Assembly: GCA_963693365.1 (NCBI GenBank)
Contig: CAVNZM010000009.1
Coordinates: forward strand, 762,963 to 826,962
Source: Amoebidium appalachense
Taxonomy: Eukaryota; Protista; Ichthyosporea
DNA: 64,000 nt
Direction of reading: 5' to 3'
The notes under the pieces were generated by a model. That model searched no databases, was not told the origin of the DNA, and was given only the letters and a program-made list of their open reading frames with translations. How positions within the stretch are numbered: position 1 is the first letter of the stretch; every line of letters begins with the position of its first letter. Positions 1-34,487 of this stretch are shown piece by piece. The position numbers and the translations under genes were made by a program.

Positions 1-172
1 CTCCCCCCTCCCCCCCCCCCCCCCCCCTCTCTCCCCCCCCCCCCTCTCTCTCCCCCCCCCCCCCCCCCCCCCTCCCCGTCCCCACCTTCCTGTCTGTGTT
101 GGTGGGTGTATTTCGGTGGTGGTTTTTTTTTTTTCTTTTTTTTTTGCCCCAGGGGGCATGGAAGGTGTGTGT

Positions 173-203
<31 letters not shown>

Positions 204-310
204 GGGGGGGGGGGGAGGGGGGGGGAGAGAGAGATGGGGGGAGAGAGGGTGGATGGAGGGGAAGGAATTTCATAGTGATGCGTAAGAACCTAAATTGCAT
301 GATATTGCAG

Positions 311-370
311 CTGCTACAGATCGAACCCAGCCTACTGCGATACAACATCGAGGATGAATGCTTCGAATGA
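311..370 (+). CDS. Probable last exon of an upstream gene of unknown product (LLQIEPSLLRYNIEDECFE*)
   Basis: Acceptor ttgcag at 305-310 follows a repeat-rich intron-like stretch; short complex open frame ends in TGA. Family not recognised. Confidence 0.4.
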   Translation: MLQIEPSLLRYNIEDECFE

Positions 371-1030
371 GGTCGAGGGAGACGCCACCCAGTGCCATAG
401 TGTATAACTGAGTGTCACGTTGGCCAATGACATTGTGTGTTTGTTAGCCTTATATGGTATGTAGTGTGCATTAAACCAAGAAAAGACCACACGGAATTTA
501 TAACTTTGGAATGGCTCGCTGATTATGAATGTCTGTATTTGAGTTAGCACCAAAAATAGCTATCGGAACTAGAAAAAACTTATAGCAACACCTACAGCTG
601 TATCCAACTACTAGTAGCATAGACCAATAGAGCGAACTTCTGAACGAATGGAACAACCCTTCCTGCCCCCTTCCCCTCCCTCCTCACCTATCTCGCCCCC
701 TCTTCCACAAGAGCTTTCATCTTTCCCATACCGTAGTTGTATTATGACATCCGAAAATATCAGATATTGCAGCAATAAAGAAGAAAGCAGAAACGCTTAT
801 GTTTCATAAGCACCTCGTGTGTGTATCGGTAGCGACACGACACGTTCCAGAGGGATGTCTGAGCAACTTGTTATGTGCACGTCCAGGATTTTAGGAGTCA
901 TTGTGCCCGTACGTAGTGCATGCGGGAAGGGGGGGGGGGGGGGGGGGGGGGAGGGGGGGGAGGGGGGGGCCGGGGGGGGGGGTTTAGTCAAGTCATGTCT
1001 GCAGGCATCACGAAACGTACGTACCAACCT

Positions 1031-1276
1031 CCGTATCTACCATTTTAGACAAAATCAAGGATGATCCGATCGAGGATTTCGGATGGCCCTGTTGCGGCTC
1101 TTGAAATCTCGAATCAATCAAGCGATCGAGGGCATGACGTCCTTCTGACGTTTTTGTAAACAAATGACGTCACATCCTCGATTACTTATATGTTCGAGAA
1201 TTTCAATAACCGCGCAGGGCCATCAGAAATCCTCGATCGGATCATCCTCGATCGGGGTTTAAAATGGTAGATACGG
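1031..1276. mobile_element. Fold-back/MITE-like imperfect palindrome, ~246 bp
   Basis: ccgtatctaccatttt at 1031 and aaaatggtagatacgg ending 1276; the arms remain alignable for ~115 bp (ggatgatccgatcgaggatttc / gaaatcctcgatcggatcatcc). No clear target-site duplication (TSD). Confidence 0.7.
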
Positions 1277-1699
1277 GCCTTGCTTTAAGGTTTGTACAAA
1301 CATAGTTGGTTTTTCTTAATTGTTTATATACACTGTGCATAGGGTACATAAATTTACATCGCCGTGCCCGTGTATGTCCCGTCTTGTGCACGTATTGTCT
1401 GTATTTATATTTACAAGTATTATTGCTTTATCGAGTGTTCATCGAAATATTCACAACAGATAAAATTTATGTTCGTGTGTATATGAGCAACCAATCACAC
1501 CCTATGTGTATATGAGACACCACTGCCAAACCTACACAGAAAACACCGCATCCCATGATATTAAATTTTAAATAACCAATACAGTAGCCTCGCACTAATC
1601 CCCATGGTACCGGTGCGTACACGGGTATACATGCCCATGTGCGCAGGCACTTATCACGTGCAAAATACATGTCCCATTCTGTCCGAACACATATACCAC

Positions 1700-2337
1700 T
1701 CAGGAAAACCAGAAAGAACCCCACCCAGGCGTCATTTTACGCTCCAAAATCCCCAAAAGGCTCCCCCGCGCCCCCAGTCTCCCGTATTCCTCGGCAAACC
1801 GTACCATCTCCCCAACGGTCGGTTGTGTTTTTTTGATCATTTCTGCAATTTTCGTTAATTCACGGCCCAGATTTTCGTTTCCAAAAGTGGAATAGAACAA
1901 ATCACGACCTGTGACCGATGCAACCATCATCTGCTGAACGAATTTCAGGTGGGGATCTCCACCAAAAACCCCACACCCCCAATTTCCCGTGGAAATCAAC
2001 TGGGAAGGATGGTAAACACCCGTGAAGTTTTTTCCCTCTGGTGTGTAATTTCGCAAAAACCCCGCATATGCCTTTGTCAAATCTCGTTCCAGCCCCTCAG
2101 CCTCGAATTGCATCCCCCTGCTGTAGCACACCATCGCATCGATAGCAATGATATCTGTGTATGGGGGTGGTGGCGGAACGGGATTTTCAGGGTTTGAAAA
2201 CCGGAAACTACGGTCATACCCCGTGTAATTTGAATATGTAGGGGTTCCTGTCATCACCACAGCCTCGTTGTCTGCCAGAGTTTCGGTAATGACCATTGAG
2301 AGAAGGGCATCGGGACGGATGCTGAACATGATTTCTT

Positions 2338-2425
<88 letters not shown>

Positions 2426-2460
2426 CGCGCGCGTGTGTGTGTGTGTATGTGCGTGTGGTA

Positions 2461-2491
<31 letters not shown>

Positions 2492-2493
2492 TT

Positions 2494-2543
<50 letters not shown>

Positions 2544-3544
2544 GCTGTATACCAAAACAGAGAAAGAAAAAAGGTGGGTCACGGATAAGAAGGTGGTGGG
2601 TGGCACTCACGGGTAGGCTTTCGGGCAGAAGGGGGACCTCCTCACGGCCCCCTCCCCCCTTCCCCCCTCCCCCCTCCCCCCTCCCCCCCCCCCCCCCCCC
2701 CCCCCTCCCCCCCCCCCCCCCCCCCCCCTTCCCCTATCAACCCAGGAGCAAACGGTCAAGAAATTCTAAAGAAACGAAAGTAGCAAAGCAATACCTGTGT
2801 GCAGCTGGGAATCAATTTGTGGATGGACAGTCTCATGTTTGCAAAGTCAACATGCGCCCCAGCCCCAACACAGTCCTCAATCCGTTTTTCGTGTGAAATT
2901 TCAACCCCGCACTGAATTTTCACCGCCGAATCCTTCCACTTGGGCCGGTCTTCGGCCGAGACCAAAATCCTCTGAAACGTGACATTTCCGTAAAAATTGA
3001 ATCCAGGGGTCGAAATTGTTTGGAAATATCGCAGCCAGCATTTAACCCTCTCCACCGCCAAGGCACTGCTATCCCGGTAAAGTCTTGCGAAATTAATATT
3101 CCCGTATTTTCGCTGGTCGGCACATGGAAGGTTGAGGAAGAACGCGTGGCTCAGAAGCACACTTGACTGTCCGTTTGTGTTTGGTGGATGGATGGAGGGT
3201 AGAGTGGGCGTTTTGGAAGGTGGGGTAGGGGGGTAGGGTGAGTGGTGGTGGTGGTGGTGGTGGTGGGGGGGGGGGGGGGGGGGGGGGGGTTTGAATGCGT
3301 CAAAAAGTACGAAGTACACAAGAACAAACGGATAACACGATGCAGAATGCAAGCCATACATAAAGAGTATGCATAATAAGCAGAGCCCATCCTCAGGGGG
3401 GGCCCACGTCATCCACAGTACCCGAGTTTCGACCTATTCCCCTCGTTAACGAAACCCAACTCAGATACTGGGGGGGGGGGGGGGGGGGGGGAGCGTGTAG
3501 GCGCGTGTGTGTGTGGTGGTGGTGGTGGTGGTGGTGGTGGTGGT

Positions 3545-3575
<31 letters not shown>

Positions 3576-3878
3576 GGTTTTGTGTGGGAAGGTGCGGGGA
3601 GAGTGCGCAGGTGTGTGTGTGTGTGTGTGTGTGGGGGGGGGGGGGTTAGCATTAGTTTTTTTTTTGGGGGGGGGGAGGGGGGAGGGGAGGGGGGAGGGGG
3701 GGGGAGGGGGGAGGGTTGAATGGGAGATAAGCTGGAGGAGAAACGGAAGCTCGGGATGAATTCGATTTTTTATATGTGGGCCTTTTTTTGTTTCAAGTTG
3801 TTTATTTACTGTGAGGAGCCCCCCGACAGGGGGGGGAGGGGGGGGAGGTCGGAGGGGGTTTCGGGAGGTTCGGAGGCC

Positions 3879-3911
<33 letters not shown>

Positions 3912-4503
3912 TACAAAATCCGAAAGCTAGCACACAGAGCAGCTAAGCTATTAGCTATATTATTATTAGCTATATTATTAGCCACATACTATGTACATGA
4001 GAATGTGTTATGGTCATCCCAGTACAATATGAGGTAACTGTCCCATCCCAACAATGGGCTGCTTTGCACAGCCTATCTTACGACAAGAATTAAACACACA
4101 AAAGTGCACGACACAGTAAAAATGTTTTCTCAAAAACCCAACCCATTGGATCTCATGTTCCTACCTGCTCCTGTGTCAGAGTCACAACCGCCTGTCTGCC
4201 AGCAGCTAGCAAAGGCAATTCCCCATCAGGAAACAGCTCTGGCAGCCTCAGAGCACACCTCTGCACGTAGGGTAGCACACAGCCGTAGAAGTCAAACCCG
4301 GGAACGTTGGCACTCATCCACTCCACTGCAGCACTTAATGACTCGAAATCTTCAGAACTAAGGTGGGAGCGATGGGTCTTTTCACCGAGTAGGATGAGGG
4401 TGGATGTGAAGTTGGAAAAGTCGGGGATGGGTGGTGAAAGGATCTCTGTTGTGAGAGCCCAGTGGGAGGGGTCCCTGTTAGGAAGAGGGAGAGAGGTAGT
4501 CAT
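1700..4503 (-). CDS. PARG: Poly(ADP-ribose) glycohydrolase; 3 exons: 4165-4503, 2795-3166, 1700-2338
   Basis: Spliced protein has LLSHAFF, INFARL, ERVKCWLRYF, VDFAN...TQ|EEIMF, YSNYTGY, IIAIDA, RDLTKAYAGF and STGNWGCGVFGGDPHLK, all PARG motifs; GT-AG junctions keep the frame. Confidence 0.92.
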
Positions 4504-4956
4504 TGTGGTGGTGAGTGCTCGTTGGGTGCTTGAATGAAACAAGTAGGTGTGAAAGAGTTTTTGCTTCGATATTTATGGAGGGAAAACATGAAGGGATGAC
4601 CAACTTTGGCTACGTAGTGTAAAAGTCGAATTATATAGTGCGTGATTTACACTCAATCAAATGCAATGTATAAACATTGAACCAATAGCATACCGATCCT
4701 GTCGCCAATCGGATTTACGAGTCAATAGGCTATGCTCAGAATTTGCCAAAAGCCAAATGCCGCCTGCCAGCGTAAGCAAAAATGACGTGAACAAAAAGCA
4801 CAAAAAGGACAACTACACTGCATGTAACACTGCAGGGCATAGTAATGGAGCGCTCTCGGAAGAAAGTTTATATACTTGTATTAACAGAGTATCAAAAAAG
4901 CTGGAAGTTAGTTCTACCCAAGTTGGAAGTAGAGGAAATAAATGAAGTGAGAGCCC

Positions 4957-5007
<51 letters not shown>

Positions 5008-5110
5008 GCCCCGTTATACCAGTAGGTGAAGGTAAAGAAAAAGAAGGAGAGCTATAAATGTCTGGAAACTGTTACATGTGGATCGTTCTGTTGGCCACTA
5101 AAATCATACT

Positions 5111-5145
<35 letters not shown>

Positions 5146-5847
5146 AAAAGCCTTGTGCATGTCGCCCACATGTTGTACAAGCTGGCCTGATCATCTACAA
5201 ACCCCCTACAGGTGGAAGGGGAACACGTGTCAACTTTCTTTTGATTGGATTTATTCGATGGAAAATATGCAAGTTATTTGACAGAAATATTTAAAAAGTA
5301 TATAGTGTAGTGTGTATAAACAGAAAATATATATTCAGAAATTTCATTTATCTTTTCATTTATTCAAAAAAAAAAGTATTTTCTATTAGTAGCCCCATGC
5401 AAGAGGTCTACTATCAGAGAAGTAAAAACACAATTGTGGCCGCTACTAAAAACCCCACTTTGTAAACCCCCTAGGGAGACGGCCCAGCAACAACGTGAAA
5501 CGGCCGAAGGCTGAAACGTTCTGAGAAACTGACACTTGCAACGCGAGAAACGAGAATTTCAATGCTTGAAGGGGCCGTGTGTGTGTTCATAATGTGCTTA
5601 TGATGAACAATAGCTGGTTATACCTTTTTTTGTAGTCGAGGCACATACAGTACTTTTACACTGTTAGGCGTTGTGGCGAGGAATAGAGAATTCTCCAAAA
5701 GTCACAAGAAAGCTCAATAATCAGCCCATTTTGTGTCAACGTGGCTTGAGAACCACTCCGGCTCTACACTCCCTGGAACTTTTCAATGTTAGCGAACCAA
5801 AATGGTTTCAGGGGGCACTCATTATAAGTATCATCATTAACACACAC

Positions 5848-7035
5848 ATGGCTTCATTACTACAGTGCTTGCCGTTTCCTACTTTCAACCCTTTACCTTG
5901 GCTTGAAGAGACCTTACCTACAGATACCATGTTTTTCTCTTTCCGTTCCCTAAGCACGGAACAAGGCAAAAAATGCGTTTTTTTCCTCGTTACAGTCGGC
6001 GCATGCCTCGCATGGGCCGCCGCCTCATCCACTTTAATCATGCTCAACAATTACCTGCTGAGAAACGACGGGTTTGATTACCCAGTAATTTTGTGCTCCA
6101 TGGGTCAGTTATTTTCCTGGTTGGCCGCTGCAGGGTTAATTTATTATGGTGCAGCCCAGAGAAAGATGGATTTCACGTGGTCATCTTATTTCCGGACGAT
6201 TGTTCCCATCGGTATCGCTTCGGCCGGGTCTCTCGCTTTGGGCAACGCCGCATACCTGTACCTCTCTGTTTCATTCATTCAGATGTTGAAGTCAGCAACA
6301 CCTGTCATCACTATGCTCGTCATGTTTGCCTTTGGCCTCGAGTACCCACGACCGAAGCTCATCCTCGCAGTCATAATAATCAGCGTGGCATGTGCATTGG
6401 CATCATTGGGCGAGGTAGACATGAACGTGGTTGGGCTATGCATGGTTTTGGCTTCTGGTTTTTCGGAGGCGCTGAAAGTTGTCGCCACGGAAAAACTGCT
6501 TGGAACAAAGTTCTCAGGTCCCATGGAGGGGGTGTACCATGTCTGCCCGGCCACATGGGGGGCCATGTTGGTCGTTACTTGCTTCAAGGAATTACCCCAG
6601 TTCATCGAAGAGGGGGGGTACATGAAAATTGTGTATAAACCCCATCTCTATTTTCTCGCAGCGTCCCTGGGTTTGGTTGTAAACTGGTTGACACTCGAGG
6701 TCATCAAACGTATTAATTCGCTTTCGTTCAAGATTTTCGCGCAGGCGAAGAACGTGTGTGTGGTAATTCTCGGGGTGGTTATGCTCGGTAATACGGTAAC
6801 TACCTTACAAGCATGTGCGTATGCTGCATCAATCGGCGGGTTTTTTCTTTACCAGAAAGCAGTGGCAGAGAAGAAAAAGAAGGATGTTAAGGTGGTGGCG
6901 CCCCCTGGGTATATTCCCTTAAGGGGGGACGAGTGGGAAGAGAACAAGGAAGGAACGGTGGTGGAAATGGGAAAGATGGAGCAAAGAGAAAACGAGACAC
7001 AGGCAGAGGCAGCGACAGCAGAGAGGATAGTCTAA
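5848..7035 (+). CDS. Triose-phosphate/nucleotide-sugar transporter family (TPT/SLC35-like DMT), single coding exon; start may be ATG 5929
   Basis: Many hydrophobic segments; motifs NNYLL..GFDYPVIL, IVPIG...SLALGNAAYLYLSVSFIQMLKSATPV, SLGEV, KNVCVVILG. Confidence 0.9.
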   Translation: MASLLQCLPFPTFNPLPWLEETLPTDTMFFSFRSLSTEQGKKCVFFLVTVGACLAWAAASSTLIMLNNYLLRNDGFDYPVILCSMGQLFSWLAAAGLIYYGAAQRKMDFTWSSYFRTIVPIGIASAGSLALGNAAYLYLSVSFIQMLKSATPVITMLVMFAFGLEYPRPKLILAVIIISVACALASLGEVDMNVVGLCMVLASGFSEALKVVATEKLLGTKFSGPMEGVYHVCPATWGAMLVVTCFKELPQFIEEGGYMKIVYKPHLYFLAASLGLVVNWLTLEVIKRINSLSFKIFAQAKNVCVVILGVVMLGNTVTTLQACAYAASIGGFFLYQKAVAEKKKKDVKVVAPPGYIPLRGDEWEENKEGTVVEMGKMEQRENETQAEAATAERIV

Positions 7036-7311
7036 AGGCCAAGGTGTGTGGCACGAGTTTGATGCACGAATGCCCCTTTCTCTTTTGTTCTTTTTCCTTT
7101 TTTTCACGTATTCCCCGTTCACCAAATTCGTTTTCGGCACAATTTGAAAGATTAGTACTTGCACACAGATATGCATACCACACACAGCTTGCACAAACAC
7201 ACCTACACACGCACGACACCAAAATCACACGCACATGCACACGCACACGCACCAGCGCACCCGCACCAGCACACACACGCACATGCACACGCACAAGCGC
7301 GTGTGCGCGCG

Positions 7312-7369
<58 letters not shown>

Positions 7370-7899
7370 GAGCACCCATCCATCCTCCCACCTCTTACAA
7401 ACATGCACACTTACACCAACCCAGCTGTGGCGATGTTATCCATACATAGTTTCAATATTGTGTTATTATTGTAGGGAATGGGCAATAACAGAAGGATACA
7501 TGGAATAACGAGAACTATGAGAACATGTGTGTACAACTATTGCACGAGCGCGTTAACGATATGAATGTATAGGTTTGTTTCCTTACCTAAATTGTAATGT
7601 CATGCCGAGAAACCGAAAGATAGTTCAGAACGGACGTTGTATACAGGGGTCTCTTTAGACTATTAGATATGCGCATATGTGTATTGGAAAATCACTCACA
7701 AGAGGGTTATGGCCCAAAATAAATATTTGTTGTGTATTTATTTGTCTTCCATTTTTTCTGTAATATAGCACTCGGCCGGTCCCGTTTGCCATATACAAAT
7801 GATGATCACGATATATATGTATGCCCATTCCCCCCCCCCCCCCCCCCTCCCCCCCCCCCCCCCCCCTCCCCCCTTCCTCCCCTCCACCACCGCCACACA

Positions 7900-7946
<47 letters not shown>

Positions 7947-8072
7947 GTGCGCGTGCGCAACACTCATACACTCGTACACGCACATACACGTGCATACACA
8001 CACGCACACACATGCACATGTTACACACAACGCGACACTTGCACGTGCACACAACACACACCAACACACACA

Positions 8073-8123
<51 letters not shown>

Positions 8124-8759
8124 CCCTGGCGATCCCTCTGTCCCTGGCCTTCTCCTGGCTCCCCTTCTCAAACTAAGGACCACTCCGACCAACCTGTTAC
8201 ATGACCCCCCCCCCCCCCCCCCCTCCCCCTCCTCGGGACCAAACCCCACACAACCACACACACGTGCACCCCACCCCCACCACCCCACCACCATGATCAC
8301 TTAGGAGGACAGCAGGGGAACACAAAAGCGTGTGCATCCGCTCAATGATTTGGTTGTTTGGTTTTTAGGGGAAGGGGTGGGGAGGGATGCTTGTGTTCGT
8401 GTGTTGGAGAGGTACCGGTGTGGGGAGAGGGAGGTGGTGGTGGTGGTTGTGGTTGGGGGGGGGCTCGAGGAGGAGGAGACCGAAGGAGAGGCCGGCAAGG
8501 GGGGTGGGAGGCGAATTGAAGAGGGGGAGGGGTTAAGGGAGTATCCGAGGGGGCATAGGGAGATGTGGGGGAGGCGGGAGGCCCGGTTTTCTGGGGAGGG
8601 GGCAGGGGGGGGGGGGGGGGGGGGGGGGGGGTGGGGGTGGGTCGTTAACTCGGTGCCGTTTTTCGCCATGATCTTACACGTACACAAATGAGGATTATCT
8701 TGCAAGGTGCCGGTCGGTAGCGCAACTTCAGGCACTGCGACCACACATGTACACTAAAT

Positions 8760-8795
<36 letters not shown>

Positions 8796-8837
8796 TCGGA
8801 AGCTGAAATCAACATGTACACGCGCGCACACATTCAT

Positions 8838-8902
<65 letters not shown>

Positions 8903-9519
8903 AGACACACACATACACACACACACAACACGTGCTCAACACCTACACATGAACAATTCCTGTCGACCTGCACTTCTCATATGTGTTCTCATTGAAACTC
9001 CCCACACTATATTACTTTCTTAATAACTACGAAAACTGGTGCACAGCACCCATGCAATAAGAATTCATATACACTACTAACTAGAACCGCTTAGTGGCTA
9101 AAAAAAAGTCTATCACACAATTTAGGATATTAGAGGTTCCTTTCTGTATTATATTTCTGATTTCTGATGTGTGGCTCACAAACACTAGGTGTTGCTATGG
9201 CCAACTGTCTCGCCTCTTAAGTGCAAACATCGAAATCCATATTTCAATAGTAACCCCATAACATGATATAATGAAAACGCGTGTAAATAGCAAAATCCCA
9301 ATATCATAGCCCAAAAGGCCTAGTTGCAATAAAGGGGGAGAAAGATGGAAAAGGGAACAAAAAAACCAAGAGCCTCCAAAAACAAAAACCTTGGATCAAA
9401 AATGCAACAATCGAAATTTATCAATTATCATCATAAGCCCCTTAAAAAAAGAATTTCAGAGCACACGGGCAGTTCATCAACCATTCACCCAAGTCAACCT
9501 TGCCAATCGGGAACAAAGA

Positions 9520-9550
<31 letters not shown>

Positions 9551-9790
9551 TCACCATACAGAAACACAAACACAGAAACACGAACACAGAAACACACGCG
9601 TGCACCCTCCTCCACCCAACTATCCCCCTCCCCCCATCCCACATCAATCAATCCCATGGCCACAACCACCCACATGCAAACACAGTGTAATAACTCACAA
9701 AACACACCACTCCACATTTCCTTCCTATCGATATCAAACTCACATCCTATTGGCAAGTTTTCTTTTCTTGTTACCCAATCAAATCCAGCG

Positions 9791-18162
<8,372 letters not shown>

Positions 18163-18490
18163 TTCCTCGTGTTTGCTAACACACCATATAGTCAATGTTA
18201 TATCAAAGTGATGTCTTTACAGTCACTGTTCCGGCACACAGACACGCCGCGGTGTGGCAGCAAAAGCCTTTTGCGTTCAAACGTCACTCAGCTGAGCGTC
18301 GGTTGCTTTCCGCCCGTGTGTTAAAACCTGGACACACGTATGCGTGAGTAAATAATTGTATAAAATATTTAAGTCCAACCAGGCAGGCGATAATGTTATA
18401 TTTTAAAATCCTTTAATTACTGTCGTAGCGTTTGATTGGTAGTTTTGAAATCGCATATTCGCCAACCCCGGGTGGAACTCGATCGTACTA

Positions 18491-23898
<5,408 letters not shown>

Positions 23899-24134
23899 GT
23901 GGGTGCTTACGAGACACACACATACACGTGCACACACACGCATGCACATGAAGGCAGATTCACACATGTGCACTGTGGCAGGCACGCACGTGATGTCATG
24001 TCCATACGCTCACAGACACACATACACTTAAGACTCGCCCTCGCTCACGTTTATACACCCTTGTGGGTCTGCATGTTAGCAGGCATGCATGTGCGCACCT
24101 GTGCACACACGCATGCACGCACACACAGGCACAC

Positions 24135-24167
<33 letters not shown>

Positions 24168-24485
24168 CACACACGCACACGCACACGCACACGCGTACAT
24201 GCACACATACACACACGTGCGGACATGCATACACACACACACACACACACACACTTGTATTGTTCTACATTCTAGACCAACGCTTAGCTAATGAACGTGT
24301 GGTGACGCGCTCCTTAGGTCACCGTTCATTTAGGTGTAACTAACGTTGGCAGAGCACCCTTGTAAGCTCACTGGTTCTTATTACACTACTTGAACACGGT
24401 ATAATCTATAAATATATGGTCAACCAGCCCGATTGTTATTATTTATCACTCTGTGTCATCTATTTCCCCTCTATTTCCCCTCTAC

Positions 24486-24561
<76 letters not shown>

Positions 24562-25112
24562 GACATGCACCCATACACGAGTAAACACAGACGCAAAGAC
24601 GAGCTCACACAGCACTCCTAATGTCGCTGCCACCACACACTCATAAACGGACGTGTCGAGACAACCATATTAGCATTAGATAGGCTAAGCGCATGAAAGC
24701 ACACACGCGCGCGCGCGTGCACACACAAACACACACACACACACACACAGACACAGACACGGACACACTGTACGCATACGCACACGTACTTGCACACACA
24801 CGCGCACGCACACACATGTGTGCTTTTATGCGCTCAGCTGTGTTTGCTGTGTGTGGAAGTGCAACAGGAAATCTGTTGAGTGCAGTTGAGTGGATGGGTG
24901 ACTTGATGGTGTGTTATTGTGCCGGAGATACGTTGGTGTGTGGTGGTGTTTATAAGTGGGGGGAGGGGTTGGAAAACGTGAAAGTGTCAGGCAACTCAAC
25001 CCAATCACATGGTTGGTAGCACGATTATAACCGAAGTAATGCCCACAGAAACTGGAGTGGAGAGAGGACACAGGGCTGAAGTCTTTTGCAGTCCTCAGCA
25101 TGGAGTACTAGG

Positions 25113-25225
25113 ACCTGCCATATTTGGACGTGGTGTTCCACACCTTCCTTATTTAGATGGGATGGTACTCCACCTGCCTTATTTGGACGTAGCGGGACCA
25201 TACCTGCCTTACTTGGGCATGGTGG
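25113..25225. repeat. Four ~30-bp degenerate tandem repeats (acctgccttatttggac core)
   Basis: Copies start at 25113, 25142, 25172 and 25202; one frame reads HLPYLD-like three times. Confidence 0.8.
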
Positions 25226-25783
25226 TGCGGCTTTGACCATGTTTTTGGTACTTCGCCCAGACAGGCTATCAGACAAGATCAAAACTTAAGGGCTTTATAT
25301 GTAGATAAGGCAAAGGTTTAGAGACCGCCAATGCTATGTGATAGTGAGACTGTATAGTTACTGTACATATTTCTACACTATGGAATCGTTTTTGTGTTCG
25401 TGAGGTACATTTTTGGTAATTCAACCCTCCATTCCATCAGCTAAAGCTGTGGTTTCGTTTTCTCTTTCCACACACCGCACATTTATTTCTGGTGGCGTGC
25501 CGGGGGGGGGGAGGGGGGGGGGGGGGGAGGGGGTTTCACTATATAGTGGGTGTAAATTTGTTTGGTACAGAGAGGGCCAGAATGCCGCCACAAACTTGTT
25601 GTATGAACAGACATACCCAGTACTGTGTGTGGATGTGACTGAAGACACGAGATTAATAGATAATAACCATGGCAGCATTAGACTGATGAAAAGCACATAT
25701 ATCTGAGCTGAGCAACTGCAGTATATGTTGATCATTCATAAATTTGGTTCAGAGACCTAAGAGAGGAAAGGTATTTGAGTGGT

Positions 25784-25818
<35 letters not shown>

Positions 25819-25965
25819 ATAATAATAATGAAACTGGGGGGGGGGGGGGGGGGGGGGGGGGTCAGTATTCCACCAATTCAAATCTTTCAGAAGTTTTGGT
25901 TCCGAGAGCTTGATCATGATCAACAACAAAAAAGGTGGAAGGGGGAGGGGGGGGGGGGAGGTAGG

Positions 25966-26085
<120 letters not shown>

Positions 26086-26704
26086 GTGGTGGTCGACATG
26101 GCGGTGTTGGTGGTGGGGACGGGGGGGAGAGGGAAGAGTGGGGGGGAAAGAGAGGGGGGGAATGGGCGGGATGGATCAAGTTCCACCGTTTTCAACGGAG
26201 CCGACACATTCTTTATTCCCTCTATAAATCTTTGCGGGGTTAATGACAAGGAGGGGACCGACACATACTTGTCTCTGCCCCAAGCTATTTATAGGCAGCC
26301 GCTTGTTACAATCTGTTGTAACGATGCTCCTTCTGGCACGCTTGAATAGCCCCTACGATAGAAAAAAACAAATACAAGATAATCAATGCACACTATAAGA
26401 TAATCCCCCCCCCCCCCCCCCCCCCCGTCTCAGTAGGCCTATATAGATAGCAAAAAACGCACACAGGAATGCATCAAATTTAAGGTTATGTGTAGAGGTA
26501 TGCATCAGCAGAGACCAAACCCCGAGCAGAACGCGACAGAGGTTGGGATAACCACAGAACACAATCTTTCTGAATACTATTGATTATCGTAGCAATGTAA
26601 CCATTGATTAGAGTACGAAACGAAGTGAGAAGTGAGCAGAAAAAAAGCCAAACAAACATTTGAAATTAACGAAGCAGTCGAATCTGACGGGCACTTTGCG
26701 TGCG

Positions 26705-26739
<35 letters not shown>

Positions 26740-27266
26740 CGCGCCTGCGCGTGGATACGTGCGTGCGCATGTGGATGTGCGCGTGGTGTAAATTACCAGG
26801 AGTAATGGGGGGGGGAGGGAGGTTAAAACGATGACACGGGCCGTGCATCATGCATAACATACTGATGAGCAACCACTTTCCTTATTCATCCATACAACAC
26901 TACCCCCTTGCGTATTAACACACCCCCGTTTTCGGATAATACGCAAGGTGCCAATACGCCAACACACAATTTTATCATATGGCAATTTACTATGTATTTA
27001 TATATGAGTATGGGGGGATGTCTAGGAGTATCCCTATACTATCTCCGCCCAGGCAGTGTACCAATGCCCGAGCGTCTACTGTACTATTACAACCCTGATC
27101 TCATTCAGAACCCACAACTCATGTGTCAAAAATATAACACCACCCAATCACATTACAAACCTCCCACCCACATGCAAAGCACAAGCATCATTAAAACAGC
27201 TCTCAGGGCCTACGCAGCAGCAGACCAGGCCGGAAAATGAACATGTAGAGTCTACGTTGTGTAGAC

Positions 27267-34321
<7,055 letters not shown>

Positions 34322-34453
34322 ACCCTTGAAAAATAGAGAGTGAGTATAGTTTATCATACGGCGGCTGAGGCCACAGTCGCACGTGGCATCGTTTTGACCT
34401 TTCAGATTTACGATTGGCTGTTCGAGTTTGGGGTTTGCTAACGGGAGCTCGGT

Positions 34454-34487
<34 letters not shown>

